NCBI GenBank assembly: GCA_051942245.1
Contig: JAVECL010000001.1
Location: 62,001 to 126,000 of the forward strand
Direction: 5' to 3'
DNA: 64,000 nucleotides
DNA from: Trypethelium eluteriae
Taxonomy: Eukaryota
The translations under genes and the position numbers were made by a program. The notes beneath the pieces were generated by a model. The model searched no databases and was not told the DNA's origin. It was given only the letters and a program-made list of their open reading frames with translations. This document shows positions 1 to 12,430 of the stretch, piece after piece (the first letter of the stretch is position 1; every line of letters starts with the position of its first letter).

Positions 1-1365
1 TCTAACGAATACGGGCAAATCCGTTCTGAAATTCCTGGAACCCATTTTCTATCCTTGTCTTGTTTCAGTTCCCGAATATGAGAGTAGGCCTCGTACTTGA
101 GCTACGAGTCATCATCAGAGAGCTTTTTCTGTATGTGTCTGATATGCAAAAGGTTTTCCATTTCCTTTTTCTTCAAGACAAGTTTTTTCCAAGGTCAAAT
201 GGGGCCCGTCTTTGACTATGTAGCTCATCCTCAAGCGGCCGCTTTGTCTAAAAATAGTTCAGATAGTGCTCAATCTGGATTTCAGAGCAGAGGGTTTGTC
301 GTCGGGTCTGACTGAGACAACTGGACCACTAGCCATTGGTTGATTGTCTAGTTGAGTCTCGATATCCTTGATCCGGCACAGCAGGCACGACAGATTTTTC
401 TATGTCCTTGAAGCGGTCTTCAAAAGCACGACGCTCCTCTAGCTCATTTCAGACGTCTTGTATCCACGGAATGGTGGCCCGTACAGGCGTGATGAAACGA
501 GCCACGGTAGACCAGATACTCCAATGAGTCCATAATGATGACAACGATCTTCAAGAACCCCGCCGGTATGAATCGTTCTGATGATGATATGGGATCCGAT
601 TTCTCCATTGGTAGTTATCGTGGAATGCTTCACTGGGGGAGTCCTGGACTAGGAGGTGGAGTTAGAGCATCGGCCAAATCTTATGATGGGATGAAATTCA
701 ATTTCTCTCTCAATTGTCAACGTCGTTTCAATTTTTGACTGGAGGTGCCAACCTCTCGGAGTACCTCAAACAGGGTTCTCCGTAAGATAGAGTACAGTTG
801 GAGAGGAATGCAGCTTGATGACGGACGCTTTGGTGCTTCGGCAGTTGGGCTTCTGTCTTGTCTCACACCGTCTTTGGGTGGCGCTGCGTGACGGACGATA
901 AGTCGACAATATGCGACCAAGCAAGTTCCCTAGGCGAAGGTCCAAGCCATGCTTTCTCGACGAAAAGGAAGATCGACTCCTCTCTCTCATGTAAGTCGCA
1001 AACGTGGAATGTTTCGCACACTTACAGGCGCAGCAGGACGTCGGACTGCAGACTTCTACCTAGCAGGGGCAGGTCTAGGGTCGCCGAGTCCCAACAGCGA
1101 TCGTCCACTGACCCACCTCCATATGACTGCTAACTACCTAGGTGCTTGGTAGTGGCGATAGCCTCCTGCCACGCTTGCGCCCTTCGATTCCAATAGCTCC
1201 TAGCCTTTGTCTAGGAAATCTTCACCTTCTTCTATCCCGCCTCGTCGGATTATTTGGCGAAATGACCATCCGCATGCTGGACTCGACTCGACCGCAAAAC
1301 TTGTATCTCACTGCGCGCGTCGCCTCCGGTGCATTACAATTCCCATCTCATGCCAACTGTTAGGC

Positions 1366-2875
1366 ATGATTGGGTTGACCGTAGAATCATGGATCTGGTA
1401 CGGGTTCGTTCTGGCCGTCACCATTGCGCGGTTGTAGGTCATCAACTCTATTCCCTCAGGCCCGTATGAAAAACCAATGTCATCGAACTAATATATCATC
1501 TTCGTCGCTAGTATCTCCCGGAGTCTCGCGCTTGGCTCCTTTCGCAACCTCCAGGCTGACGACTACGTTGTCTTGTTGGCGTTATGTACATACACAGTGC
1601 TTATCGTGACCATAAACATTGTTTCGGATGACGAGACGAATCTCCTGCCTCCGGGCTTTGATATAAATAGTCTTACGAAAGATGACATCAGGGAACGTAA
1701 AATCGGTAGCAAACTGGTGCTAGTTGTTGAACAAACCCAAATCCTCACTGGTACTTCATCCCCAATCTTCAGTACTCATGGCCGAACTCGTTCTGATCAA
1801 GTCATAGTCTGGGCTGTGAAGACATGCCTTCTCATCATGTACTACCGCTTAACGTAAGTCTGCTCCTACGATTGACGCACCTGTTCAGCCCAACCGCGCC
1901 TCCCCCAAGATACACAACATCAATATTGCGAGTTTTATTTCATTTTACTCCAAAGGGACATTGGCTTATAATATGAACAGTATAGTGCGGAAGGAAAATG
2001 TAGCTGTCGTCGCGCTGGCCGTATACGTAGCCTTTGGATTTGTCTTCATGGAAATCTTCTATTTTGGCGTCTGGTGCCGACCCTTTCACGATTACTGGGC
2101 TGTTCCCACACCGAACCCCCAATGCAGTGCCGCCATCCACCATCTCATCACTAACGCCGTCTTCAACATCTCCTCAGACGTTCTCACCCTTGCACTCGCG
2201 CTCCAGATGTTTATACGGTCCAAGCTTCCACTCCGCCGTAAACTCCTGCTCTGCGGTATCTTCGGTCTTGGTATTTTTGTCATTTTTGCAGCGGTGCTCA
2301 ATAAATACTACAGTTTCAACCAGCCATTTGGAAGCCAGTGGACGTATTGGTACGTTCGAGAGAGTAGCACCGCAATGATTGTCGCAAACCTTCCCTTCCT
2401 TTGGACGCTCCTTCGTCGCATGTTTAAGCTTGGCTCATTTGAGAATCCGAGTCAACAGCGTCCGGTTCGGACCTCGAATAGTGCGGGGATGGGCCTTGCT
2501 GATGGAGAGCCCCATGGTTTGCTCCAGCGTTTACGTATCCGTGGTCGGCGATTCTCCTCGCATGTTCTCCACGGCGTCGGCATTTCGTCGAATCAAAGCG
2601 GAACTTTGAGAAGTAATATACTGGCCAAGACCAAGAAGAATTATGGTAATAGTCGTTTGCAGGATAGTAGTGGCCGGCGGAATAGCGAAGAATCAAGTTT
2701 ACCCCGGAACATGGCTCCTTTTCAAGGAGATCCAGAGGCTCAGCGGCAGCCGTGGGACGAGATGAATCTTGGAGAATTTATGACTGAATCCAATATAGAA
2801 GAGGGTCCCTCAACTAATACGCTGAGTGGGGACGGTGCAGCACAAAGGAGACGGAGTTGGGGGAAGCCTCGGTGA
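1366..2875 (+). CDS. PTH11-like (fungal rhodopsin-domain) integral membrane protein, 4 exons
   Basis: ATG at 1366. Introns 1434-1511, 1751-1807 and 1854-1980 join MIGLTVESWIWYG..RFISR..LQADDY..GSKLVLVVEQ..WAVK..YYRLT to ORF 1961..2875, which has WCRPFHDYWAVP, NISSD, WYVRESSTAMIVANLP and several hydrophobic helices. Confidence 0.8.
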
Positions 2876-3558
2876 CGACGGGAGATCTGACAGGACTATC
2901 ATATAGAAAGCGCCTACGCTTTGCAAAATATTTCATTACACAGTGCTTGGTTTCGACAGGGAATGGCTATTATAGAAGGATAGATTTATCGATAGAGATG
3001 AACTGATGACACATCTATAATTAAGAGACGTCCTTCCTCTCGATTGCAGACCTTGCTATCTTCCCCGCTCTCCTCTCATTTTCTTCTGGTGCGGAGTGCC
3101 TTCTCCTAGGAGACTAAAAGAGGATCTCGGCCAAACCGGCCGACATCTTCTGACATGCCACTTCGTTACCTGAGAGCAAGCTGTACTACGAGGTATGCAT
3201 ATTTCCATGAAGGTTGCGATGCTTGATCGTTTCCAAGCGAAGAGGTCGCTTGTCTACGGGATAGAGTACCCAACTGTACCGATCACCGCCGTACTCGCCG
3301 AAATCTACTAGGTAATTCGCACTCCCAATCGTCACTTTCCATGTCACTCATCAAGCTAGATGACGTCGTCGGTCATCCCCAACCTTGTCTACTTCTCCTC
3401 GTCTCTCCAAATCCTAACATGTCTCTATACGGCAGCTTTCTTCGCGCGTGCGTTCTCACTGCTGGGCCTGTCATAGCAGAAAGCGAGAGTCGATAACACA
3501 CATTGAGCGAACTAAGCGAACGAAACGAAATAGAAGCCACTGCGATCTTTCCCTAAAT

Positions 3559-4593
3559 ATGCCTCTTCATCTGGGTGTGTCTGGCCACCATAGAAGCCCA
3601 GCTACAAAAGCCGGCCAAGCTGCGATCCGTGAAGCGCGAAAGATGCTGCTTGAACGGGTTCGGGATGATTGGGAATACGAGCCGTGGCCACTGCATTGCC
3701 GGCTGGAGCCATGCCAGTATGAAGACCCAAATCGACACAGCTACAAGTCATCGCCGCTTGAGTGGACTGAGCGATTGTTCAATACGTCTTCGCCGTCTGA
3801 ATCGGATGCTGAGGACGATGAGAACCATAGAAATGGCACCGACAATGACTTTAAATTCGAATCACCAGATACTGTAGGTGCAGCCTTAGCTAACAGAAGA
3901 GCGAGCCGGAAACGAAAACGACAAGCTGCGTTAGAGGAAGAAAAGTCCTGGAATGAAGGTCTCGCTATCTTCGAAGCAAGACGCGACGCATGGACAGGTG
4001 CTCGGAGTGGCATCCATGATTCTGCTATAGCTTCCAATCTCATACTATCATCTCCCTCTTCCACCGGCTCTCCCGAATCTCCTGGCAGCCCTTCCCAGAT
4101 TCCTTCATCCAGTCCCTCCAATGTTCTGTCCAACCACGAACCTTCTGCGGATGGCAAAAATCGTCTCATCTTCAATCCTGCAGATCCGTGCACCTTTCAC
4201 CTCCCTGTTCGGCCTCAATATTCGAAGAATGTGTATTGGCAACCTACGCTTGTTCCTCTCGTCGAGCCGATCCTTCCTCCTGACCACCCCATTCGCGCTA
4301 CCATCAACCCTTCGTCGTACCCTCAAATTTATACCCAGGTCGTCATCAATTCTAGGTCTCCATCTGTACCTATTAATCTTGTCGACATGATTAAGGCCTG
4401 CGTGCAAGGCTGGATAGAAGACGGAGAATGGCCTCCCAAGGGAGGTGTCCTGGAGCCTTCGATTGCGAAACGGAGAAAACAGGGGGGAGATGGGCTAGGC
4501 CATGGAAATTTGAGGAAAGGCATGGAGGGCGTCAAGAGGATTTTACGGATAAGTGGTGTATCAAGTACTGGAGCTGAAGCTGTGGGGGGATAG
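3559..4593 (+). CDS. Gag1-like clamp / DUF4050 family protein
   Basis: Motifs WNEGL..FEARRDAWTGA and YPQIYTQVVINSRSPSVPINLVDMIKACVQGWIEDGEWP. First ATG at 3559, single exon. Confidence 0.7.
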   Translation: MPLHLGVSGHHRSPATKAGQAAIREARKMLLERVRDDWEYEPWPLHCRLEPCQYEDPNRHSYKSSPLEWTERLFNTSSPSESDAEDDENHRNGTDNDFKFESPDTVGAALANRRASRKRKRQAALEEEKSWNEGLAIFEARRDAWTGARSGIHDSAIASNLILSSPSSTGSPESPGSPSQIPSSSPSNVLSNHEPSADGKNRLIFNPADPCTFHLPVRPQYSKNVYWQPTLVPLVEPILPPDHPIRATINPSSYPQIYTQVVINSRSPSVPINLVDMIKACVQGWIEDGEWPPKGGVLEPSIAKRRKQGGDGLGHGNLRKGMEGVKRILRISGVSSTGAEAVGG

Positions 4594-4910
4594 TCACATC
4601 ATTCAAACTTGAGCTTATTTGAGGAGCAAATCTTCCTGGTCGCTCCCACAGAACAAGATTTCCTCAGTACTGGACCTTCTAAGTCAATATAAAAGAGTCG
4701 CGGTGGCCCTTTTGTCCCCCGATTGGATATCCATTTCAAGCATCACGGCGTTTGTCAACTTCCCCATTTGCATTTGTCAAGCGTCAATTGATTGGTGTAG
4801 TATGTATATATATACAAGAAGACAATATTTTCATTTTGAGTGAAGGGATGGATGCATAACGATGGCAAAAGTAGTTCATGGATCATTTACCATTGCGCAA
4901 GTGTGAAGCA

Positions 4911-6032
4911 CTATTGCCCCGTGCCATTCGTGTATTTCCCGGTAAAAACTCCAACGACGCACTGCGTAACGAGCTCCTGGTCTGTTAAGGCCGTGCCAGA
5001 GCCGAATGGAGTTTCGGACAATGTGTAGGATGTGGCAAAACTTCCTGCTGCCCAACTAGTGTAGCCGAGGTAGACGTCGGAGTTTTCTTGTAGATATTCA
5101 AGTTGCTGACACAAATTGGTCAAGCATGTGGGATCAGTCGGTCCACCACCCGTCTCGCTCAAGAATGCTTGGCGCTTGTTCTGGCGGAGGTATGTGGCCA
5201 GGGGGGAGAAGGCGGAGTCGATGTTGTTTGTAACGCAATTGGAGTGAGTTCCGCTATTGTCACTGTCGAGGTATTTGTGAACATCAAAGATAAGATTCGT
5301 TGTCGATCCATTAGGATTTGTAACATTGCTTAAGGCAGCCGCGGACCCGTCACTAATGTATGATCCAGCACTGGTGTAGTCATTTCCTGGAAGGAGAATT
5401 ATCTGTGATGAAGCTCCCGCATTCCGAATGGCTGTTACCGCGGCTTGAACAGAGACTGCCCATTCAGCAATGTTGGTGTCATGGGGCTCATTCATTACAC
5501 CAAAGGCAATTTTCGGCTGCGAAGCGTACTTTTTGGCTAATTGACTCCAGAGACTCGCAAACTGCGCATTTGTCGGTCCTCCCTGACCGATAATGGCGCC
5601 GTTGTAACGAGCATAATTATGGATATCGACGATGCATAATTGAGCGACTGAGAGGCATGACTGCACAAGACCGTCATACTGGGCCAGGTTGTTCGAATCG
5701 AGTGTACCACCGAGATTGTTGTTCACAAGGAATTGCCAGCCTACGGGAAGTCGGAAAGCATTCAAGCCTTCACTGACAAAATGATCGATCTGATGCGTCC
5801 CGTTCGCGCCTGGAGGGGCAATCTCGGAGAGAACACAGTTGCCTGATGTATCACATCCGAAGTCAAAGCCTGCAATGTTTACACCTAGACGAAGATGTCA
5901 GACGACCATGACTCCCAGTGTATATTATTCTTTTATGGATCACTAACCTCCGTATCGGAGTGCAGCCTGAGCTTGGCCAAATGTAGATGCTGCAGGAATT
6001 GCAAGCCCCAAGGCGAAATTTGTTGTCTTCAT
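4911..6032 (-). CDS. Secreted GH5 endo-beta-1,4-glucanase (EGII/Cel5A-like), no CBM
   Basis: Signal peptide MKTTNFALGLAIPAA. Intron 5885-5947 gives YGGVNIAGFDFGC. Motifs NAFRLPVGWQ, DIHNYARY, catalytic MNEPHD and LSETGG, and DVHKYLDSDNSGTH. Confidence 0.92.
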
Positions 6033-8550
6033 GTTCACAGTGGGAAATGAACAGCAATAGGTGATCAAATCTGTTTTTTGCGGACTCGAGAAGGCCTGAA
6101 TGACAGGAACACGAAGATATTCTAGGAATTGCAAGACTTACAGTACTGGTGAAATCGTAGGTCCTTTAAATCATGCTACCAAAGGCTGGTCGGCCGAGTC
6201 GAATGGGGACTCTCCTTCTATTCTTGGGCTTACGGCTAAGCGTGAGTATGTACTGAAATGATTGAGGGTCACCGGGGCTCATTTTGATGGAGGGGTGCCA
6301 ATCTATCCGTATTGCGCTAGATGAGTGAGATCTGAAAGAATGAATAGATAGCCGGAAATCCGAGTCCGTAACCAAGCCGGGCAGCTAACTGCATTTTACC
6401 AGCGGCTCTGTCGAAGCAGCAATTTGTACGAGGCATCCTAGTGCGTCGTCGACACAGTTATTAGGCCATTAATTGCCATGCTATTGGATAGGCAAGAATT
6501 AGCTCGCCCCTTATGCGAGCACTTCTTGCGTGTGTCATTCAACCGGCCACAGCGATACAAAACCACGTAGATCGCGATCCATAACGCTCCGTACTGCTTG
6601 GGTCGTCTATGCACGCAGCCTGGCAGGCCAAAAACTTAGCGGCAAGCTATTACATTGGTCTGGGATGTAATCCATACTCGGGAAAGGTGAGATTCTCCAG
6701 ACTTTTCGACCCCGTCAGCTACTCAAACTCCGAACAGGGGAAACTGGGAAGGTCTTGTTTCTTCTTCTGATGGCAAAATGTAGAGGCGGATAAAATGGAA
6801 TAAGAGTAAAGGACAACCGCGGTTGTTTGATCGGAGGCGAGGACAAGCAAGTTCTTTGGGTGTCCCTACCAGCGCTACAACAAATTAATTGCACTCCACA
6901 TGCTGCACCAGACAGATGACAGATGCCCTGGATGGCTACCCGTGCGTGCCGTGCCACATCAGACTTCGGGAAACTCTCGACTCAACGCAACAATCATATG
7001 AGCGGATTTGACTCCTTACCCAGCTTCTTAGTAATGAGATCAGACTCTGAAGCACTGGCTAAACTCAAAGTAAATCCTACTGCAAGTGACATTATTCACG
7101 GACCATGGTTGCGTCATAGTTCATTACCCGCTCTCGATTCTTGCGGCAACATCCTCTCATTAGCACCAGATTCTGTCAGGTGTTGGTACAGTGGCACCAA
7201 GGACTGCGATTCAAGGCGAGGAAAGAGTGGCTTCATGAAAATTGTTCCTGAGGAGTACTTCGGCCGACGACGTCTTGCCTCTGCACTTGCGGTAATCTTT
7301 GTAGGATTTGCTTTGTAGAGGTTTGAAATCATATGAAAGGAAAATGAGGGTATGCTAGGGGCACGGCAGGAACAAAGCTTGATCTCGATACGGCTTATTC
7401 TTCCTCGGCCAGCGGTGAGCCGTCGGCCCGTCACGATTTTGGTGTGGGCGACTGCTTTTCTAACGCATAACAGTCAAGCTCATCGACAACGCAGAATACT
7501 AATCAGCGCAGAGCCGTAGTATGTAGTGAAGGCTACTTACCTAATATGGGCTGCAATAAGAAATGTCGGCGAGGTCTACAGAGTACTGTATTAGGCTGGA
7601 GAAGAGCGCATCATCTAAACCGCATTCGCTCATAACGAACGTCATCGCAATTTCGTAGTATTATCGCATAAACCTAATGTTATGCCATGCTACTCCGTAC
7701 TGTAACTTGAATAATGTATAGTGAAGATGTAAAGTGCCTAATGTACACGTAGTGCTGGACGATACAATCGGAAGGAGGAACACTCCGCATCGTGCAACAA
7801 TGAGCCCAAGGAGTGGGAAGGGTAGGTATGCAACGGATGTCGACATATGGGAGACTCAAACTAGCGATTAGATATAATCCTATTTCGTAGAGCTCGGAGA
7901 ACCTCCAACAATACTATGAGCATAGTGTAGCCTCCTTCGGTTTCGAGCAAGTATTGGAAGACTTCGCAACGACCAGCTGATTGAGGCGTATACGCATTTG
8001 AGTAGGACTTTACACAGGACTTGCCAAGTAAATAGCCCTCCTACTAATATATAGGATACTAAATGAGATCAGTTTATCCTCTGCTACATTAAGAGGGAAG
8101 ATAAGAAACGTCCTAGCAACTGCTGGTGCCAGATATTTTGGCCTTGACGTACCTGAGGGACCCACGATGATTGTGGATCGAGAGAGTTAGACGAGCGCTA
8201 AGTAGGATGCAAAACAACAGTCGACCGTAATTGTCCCGTCGTACTTTACAGAGACTTATGAATTCCGTAGGGACCGAGCGAGCCCCTAAGCGAGAGAAGC
8301 CTATAAAGCTTCGAGGAATACGGGAATTTGCACGATGCTATCGAGACCAAAACTGCTGGAATACTGATCTTTGTACAAATATTAAAGCATTGAATACTCT
8401 CACAGGCCTATCTACGGTTATGGTATGACTAGACCAGACATCTTCCCGCAATGGAACGCCAGTGTATGCATTGTCTATCCTCGCAAGAGTTGCAATGCCA
8501 ACAGAAGTGATGTCAAATGAAAGGCATATTTACAGCCTCGATCCGGTTCC

Positions 8551-11500
8551 TCAATCCTTTCTTACCCTGGCCCCTTCCCCTGCCTCCTCCAGCCCTTTTC
8601 CAGCGCCAAACCCCCAGGGTGTACGACCTTTGCGACCTTGACGATCACCATATTTTTCATCGAATTGTTTCATCGCATTCAAGGAGCTCATATCTTCACT
8701 GATACTAGCGCCAATCTCTTCCATTGCCTTGTCGAAATGATGCTCACGAAGAATGCGTTTCTCCGGGAGACGAAAAGCTTCAAAGGACTTCTCACTTTTT
8801 GCATTTTCAGCCTCCTGCTCCAGATGTTGCGAGTCTGATTGGGCCGTCGGAATCTTCGTAGCCTGTCCAGAAGTCTTGCTGGCAGCAACTTGTAGCTGGT
8901 GGCTATGAAGGAACTCATTTTCATCGCGAACGCAAGCCAGAGCGGCCGCAACACACAGATTCTTGAGATCGGACCCCGAATAAAGTGGCGTGCGCTTCGC
9001 TAAATCAGTGAGCTTGACGTCCGGATCTAGGATTTCGTCTCTGAGATGAATCCTCAGGATCGCCTCACGATCCTGCTGGACCGGCAGATCCACTAGCAAT
9101 CGTCTGGGCAAACGACGTAGGACAGCATCATCTAGATCAAATGGCCGATTTGTCGCCACCATGATGAAAACACTCTCTTTGGCGTCATTCATACCATCCC
9201 ATTCACGCAGAAATTGGTTAATGATTTCTCGATGACTCGTTGCCGAACGCTCCCCACCCCGGGACCGGAAAATCGCATCGGCCTCGTCAATGAAGACAAC
9301 ACAAGGACTTAGCTTTCTCGCAAGCGAGAAAATGGCCTTCACGTTCTTCTCACCTTCGCCGACATACATATCGTAAATATCTCCGCCGCTCACTTCAAGC
9401 ATGGTGGCGCCGCTTTCACTGGCTACGGCCTTCGCGAGCAGCGTCTTGCCAGTCCCAGGCGGCCCATAAAGCAGGAGGCCTGGAATTTTGGAGCTGGCGA
9501 GGACACCGTATGTAAAAGCATCTGGACGACTGAGCGAGAGGGAGGTCAAGGTTTTCAGGGCTTCGATCGTGCGAGGAGAGGTATGTACGGAAGAGAAGGT
9601 TGTGGTCAAGTTTCGAGGATCGATGACCCCAGGCAGCAAGCGTTTCTCGTGATGCGTTGCCACTTTCTCCAATTGTTTGAGCCTTGACTCGACAGAGACC
9701 TTGGCACGTGGCAATTTCTGGTTTGTCGACGAGGTGCCAGAGGAATCTGTGTCTTCAAGTGACGGCACTCGTTGTTCTCTTCCTCTTTGGACCCAGAATG
9801 CCTTGATCTTGTCACTCCAAATAGTAAGGGCGAGGGCAGCTACAAATTGGGCCGGGTGCATTTCATCGGCAGCGACATTTTGGCGCAGGCCGCGTGCTAC
9901 GAGGGTAAGTCTGTGAGCGTCGTTGAAGTCAAGGGAATTCCCATATAACGGCATGTGATCCACTAGAAATCGACCGAGTGAAGGAGGCGTCAGATGGCCA
10001 TTGACTCGTTTACACATGGCCGCCAGACTCCGAGAATTGGCTATAATTTTTTGGATGTCGGACGCTGTCGAACCTTGAAATGCTAGTTCAGCCATATCTT
10101 CAGATGGGGCCGGAACAATCGGCATGTCCTGAAGCCTTCCAAGACAAGGGGGTACAATTATCGTTCTGTAGACTGAGCTCTCCATATCTGCTTGCCACTG
10201 GCTGATATCAGAACCTGAGTCGCTATCTCTATCCGGAGAGTGATGCTCGTTTGAGGAGATACCAACGATTACAACCGGGGATCCTTCACTTCGTTTCTGT
10301 CTGACGATTTTCTCCAATTTCTGGAGAAAACGGGTACCGTTGATGGTATCATTGAGATTCTTAATGTCCTCGACCAGAACAATCAAAGGTTGCTCGTTAG
10401 TAATCGGAACCAGGCTCTGTTGATTCGACTCTTTACTTGCGGAAGGACTGGTTTCAATGCAGAACATCGACTTCTCATGACCCATCCGTATTGATTGGAA
10501 AAACTCGTTCATAACAGCCATTTCCTGCTCGAAATATGGATCAGGACGAAGTTCTTCAGAGTGGGCCACAATACTTTCCGGAGAGGCTGTGTGAGCTGTT
10601 CGGCCATCTGAGCTACTAGGGGTGGGTATCGTCTCAATGGCCTGTCGTTTCGTTTTGTTCGTCTCTAAAAGGCTCTCCAAGACCGTAGAAAGTTTGAGTT
10701 CCTCCCATTGTCTGGCAGACGAAGACGTACCTCGTCCAAGAAATGAATATGAACTCGATCTTCCACTGTCATCTGATGAGTCAAAGTAATTTTGCGATAT
10801 CGATTTGAGTGATTGCGTGAGCTTGACTAAATCTGCCACACTGGACACTGGATGATAGGAGATTCCATCTAAGCCCTTCGAGTTGGACAAAGCGAATGCT
10901 TTGCGAGAAGCCGGTTCCGAGTCTTCCATGTCTTGCATTTCGTTCTCGGTGCCAGCATCATCGTGAGCCTGCTGAGCCTTCTCCGACAATTGTCGTAGTC
11001 GCCGCTCTGCATCCTGGACATCGTAAACCAGATTGCGCCACGAGTTTTCCCGGTATTCAGGTTCTTGAGGATCTGAGAGATGATTCCCGATGACCTCAGA
11101 AATGTCCTGAGCATTGATCGTGATTACGTCAGCGTTTAGATGCGCTGCAAGAACGTGAACTATTGCCTGCAGTAGATCGTCAAACCCATTAAAGGGGCAG
11201 TGGAGGATGAGGTTTGATTTTGCTGCAGGAAAGGATTGCCCAGTCTTTGAGAGAGGGATTGACAGGCCAGCCGATATAGAAGCTGCGATTTCGGCGATCA
11301 CCACAGAACTCATAAACATGCCATCCTTCCCTGATCGTATCAGACCCTTTTCTAACCTCTCCTCTTTGCTGGTAGAAGGGCCGTAGGTACTGTGCCGAAA
11401 ATTGTGCCAAGAGGGCAGAGATGCGATCAGATGACCATTCTCGGGATCTTTCAGATGAAGAGCTGTGTTGAGGTCCTTACGGGTTCGCAATTTCTCACTC

Positions 11501-11892
11501 AATTTGACATTCCTCTCAAGAAACCAATCTGGTATCTCAACAGGAGGGAGTCCTCCATTTGCTTTCGACTCTGAACCAGAGATCGACGCGGTTCCATTGC
11601 CGTTAACCTTTGGTCTCCACCGTGATACACGGCCGCCTGTTATACTTCCGTGCGAATTCTTCTGTTTAGCATGGCCAGCCGCCGCAGACCCCGAACCACG
11701 TTCTCCCTCTCTTGTGTCACTCTCTCGACTAGTACGATCAGAATCGCGAAGGGCGTCTGGTGTTTCGTCGGTGTTGGTTTCTGGCGCGTTGTTTTGCCTG
11801 GGTGTCCAGTAGAAGCATCGTCGTCGACAAGGAATTGCCTGACTAGGCAAATGTGTGGGCGCTCTAGAGGAACGCCATCTGACAGCGTGCAT
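8551..11892 (-). CDS. Large Msp1/ATAD1(spastin)-family AAA ATPase, probably mitochondrial
   Basis: 1113-aa single ORF with an Arg-rich presequence-like N-terminus, Walker A GPPGTGKT, Walker B VFIDEAD and SRH VATNRPFDLDDAVLRRLPRR. Confidence 0.88.
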   Translation of the reverse strand: MHAVRWRSSRAPTHLPSQAIPCRRRCFYWTPRQNNAPETNTDETPDALRDSDRTSRESDTREGERGSGSAAAGHAKQKNSHGSITGGRVSRWRPKVNGNGTASISGSESKANGGLPPVEIPDWFLERNVKLSEKLRTRKDLNTALHLKDPENGHLIASLPSWHNFRHSTYGPSTSKEERLEKGLIRSGKDGMFMSSVVIAEIAASISAGLSIPLSKTGQSFPAAKSNLILHCPFNGFDDLLQAIVHVLAAHLNADVITINAQDISEVIGNHLSDPQEPEYRENSWRNLVYDVQDAERRLRQLSEKAQQAHDDAGTENEMQDMEDSEPASRKAFALSNSKGLDGISYHPVSSVADLVKLTQSLKSISQNYFDSSDDSGRSSSYSFLGRGTSSSARQWEELKLSTVLESLLETNKTKRQAIETIPTPSSSDGRTAHTASPESIVAHSEELRPDPYFEQEMAVMNEFFQSIRMGHEKSMFCIETSPSASKESNQQSLVPITNEQPLIVLVEDIKNLNDTINGTRFLQKLEKIVRQKRSEGSPVVIVGISSNEHHSPDRDSDSGSDISQWQADMESSVYRTIIVPPCLGRLQDMPIVPAPSEDMAELAFQGSTASDIQKIIANSRSLAAMCKRVNGHLTPPSLGRFLVDHMPLYGNSLDFNDAHRLTLVARGLRQNVAADEMHPAQFVAALALTIWSDKIKAFWVQRGREQRVPSLEDTDSSGTSSTNQKLPRAKVSVESRLKQLEKVATHHEKRLLPGVIDPRNLTTTFSSVHTSPRTIEALKTLTSLSLSRPDAFTYGVLASSKIPGLLLYGPPGTGKTLLAKAVASESGATMLEVSGGDIYDMYVGEGEKNVKAIFSLARKLSPCVVFIDEADAIFRSRGGERSATSHREIINQFLREWDGMNDAKESVFIMVATNRPFDLDDAVLRRLPRRLLVDLPVQQDREAILRIHLRDEILDPDVKLTDLAKRTPLYSGSDLKNLCVAAALACVRDENEFLHSHQLQVAASKTSGQATKIPTAQSDSQHLEQEAENAKSEKSFEAFRLPEKRILREHHFDKAMEEIGASISEDMSSLNAMKQFDEKYGDRQGRKGRTPWGFGAGKGLEEAGEGARVRKD

Positions 11893-12430
11893 TCGGAGGT
11901 AGCCTGTAAATCATGAGCCGAGACTGAATGAGGATGATAGTGTTGAAGATTTGTCGTTTACTAACGTTGTCGCTCACCGCATGCGCGACCGGCGTCCGCC
12001 AGAGTAATTATTTCCCCGGAATACTTCACAAGTTTTTTTATAATTATTTCCCTAGAAAACAAAAACGAAATAGAACATAAAGCGCGAGTGGAAAAGGACG
12101 CAGGGGACAACTTATGGTATTTTCTATGTCAATCTACATATGATCGCGTTGGAAGCATTTAAGCTGAAGGTCTTGCCATTTCTGTTCATCTCACTACCAG
12201 GCCAGGTAGGTACTCTCCACTGCTCGGCTGCTTCCGCCCGCAACGTCATTCGTTCAACGTACTACGCGCTAGGTACTATAACCCATCGCGGAACCTTCGC
12301 TTTCACTTACTCCATAGCTAAAACCCAAATCTGTTGGGCGCCTCCGGTTACTGGCTTTTCATGCAATTAGGGACGTCGGTGCGAGAAACAACGTCTGACC
12401 CTCGAAAGCCTCCAGAGTAGCACTTGTGTA

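Noticed and set aside
6234..6280. GGCTAA (XlnR-like) and CCGGGG (CreA-like) hexamers upstream of the GH5 gene
   Set aside because: Plausible, but single hexamers occur often by chance and cannot be supported without conservation data.
6100..8500. 2.4-kb interval with ORFs 6923..7318 (PTASDIIHGPWL, vaguely like a kinase tail) and 7114..7434
   Set aside because: No other kinase motifs, no coherent exon chain and no TE signatures. Treated as GH5 promoter and intergenic DNA.
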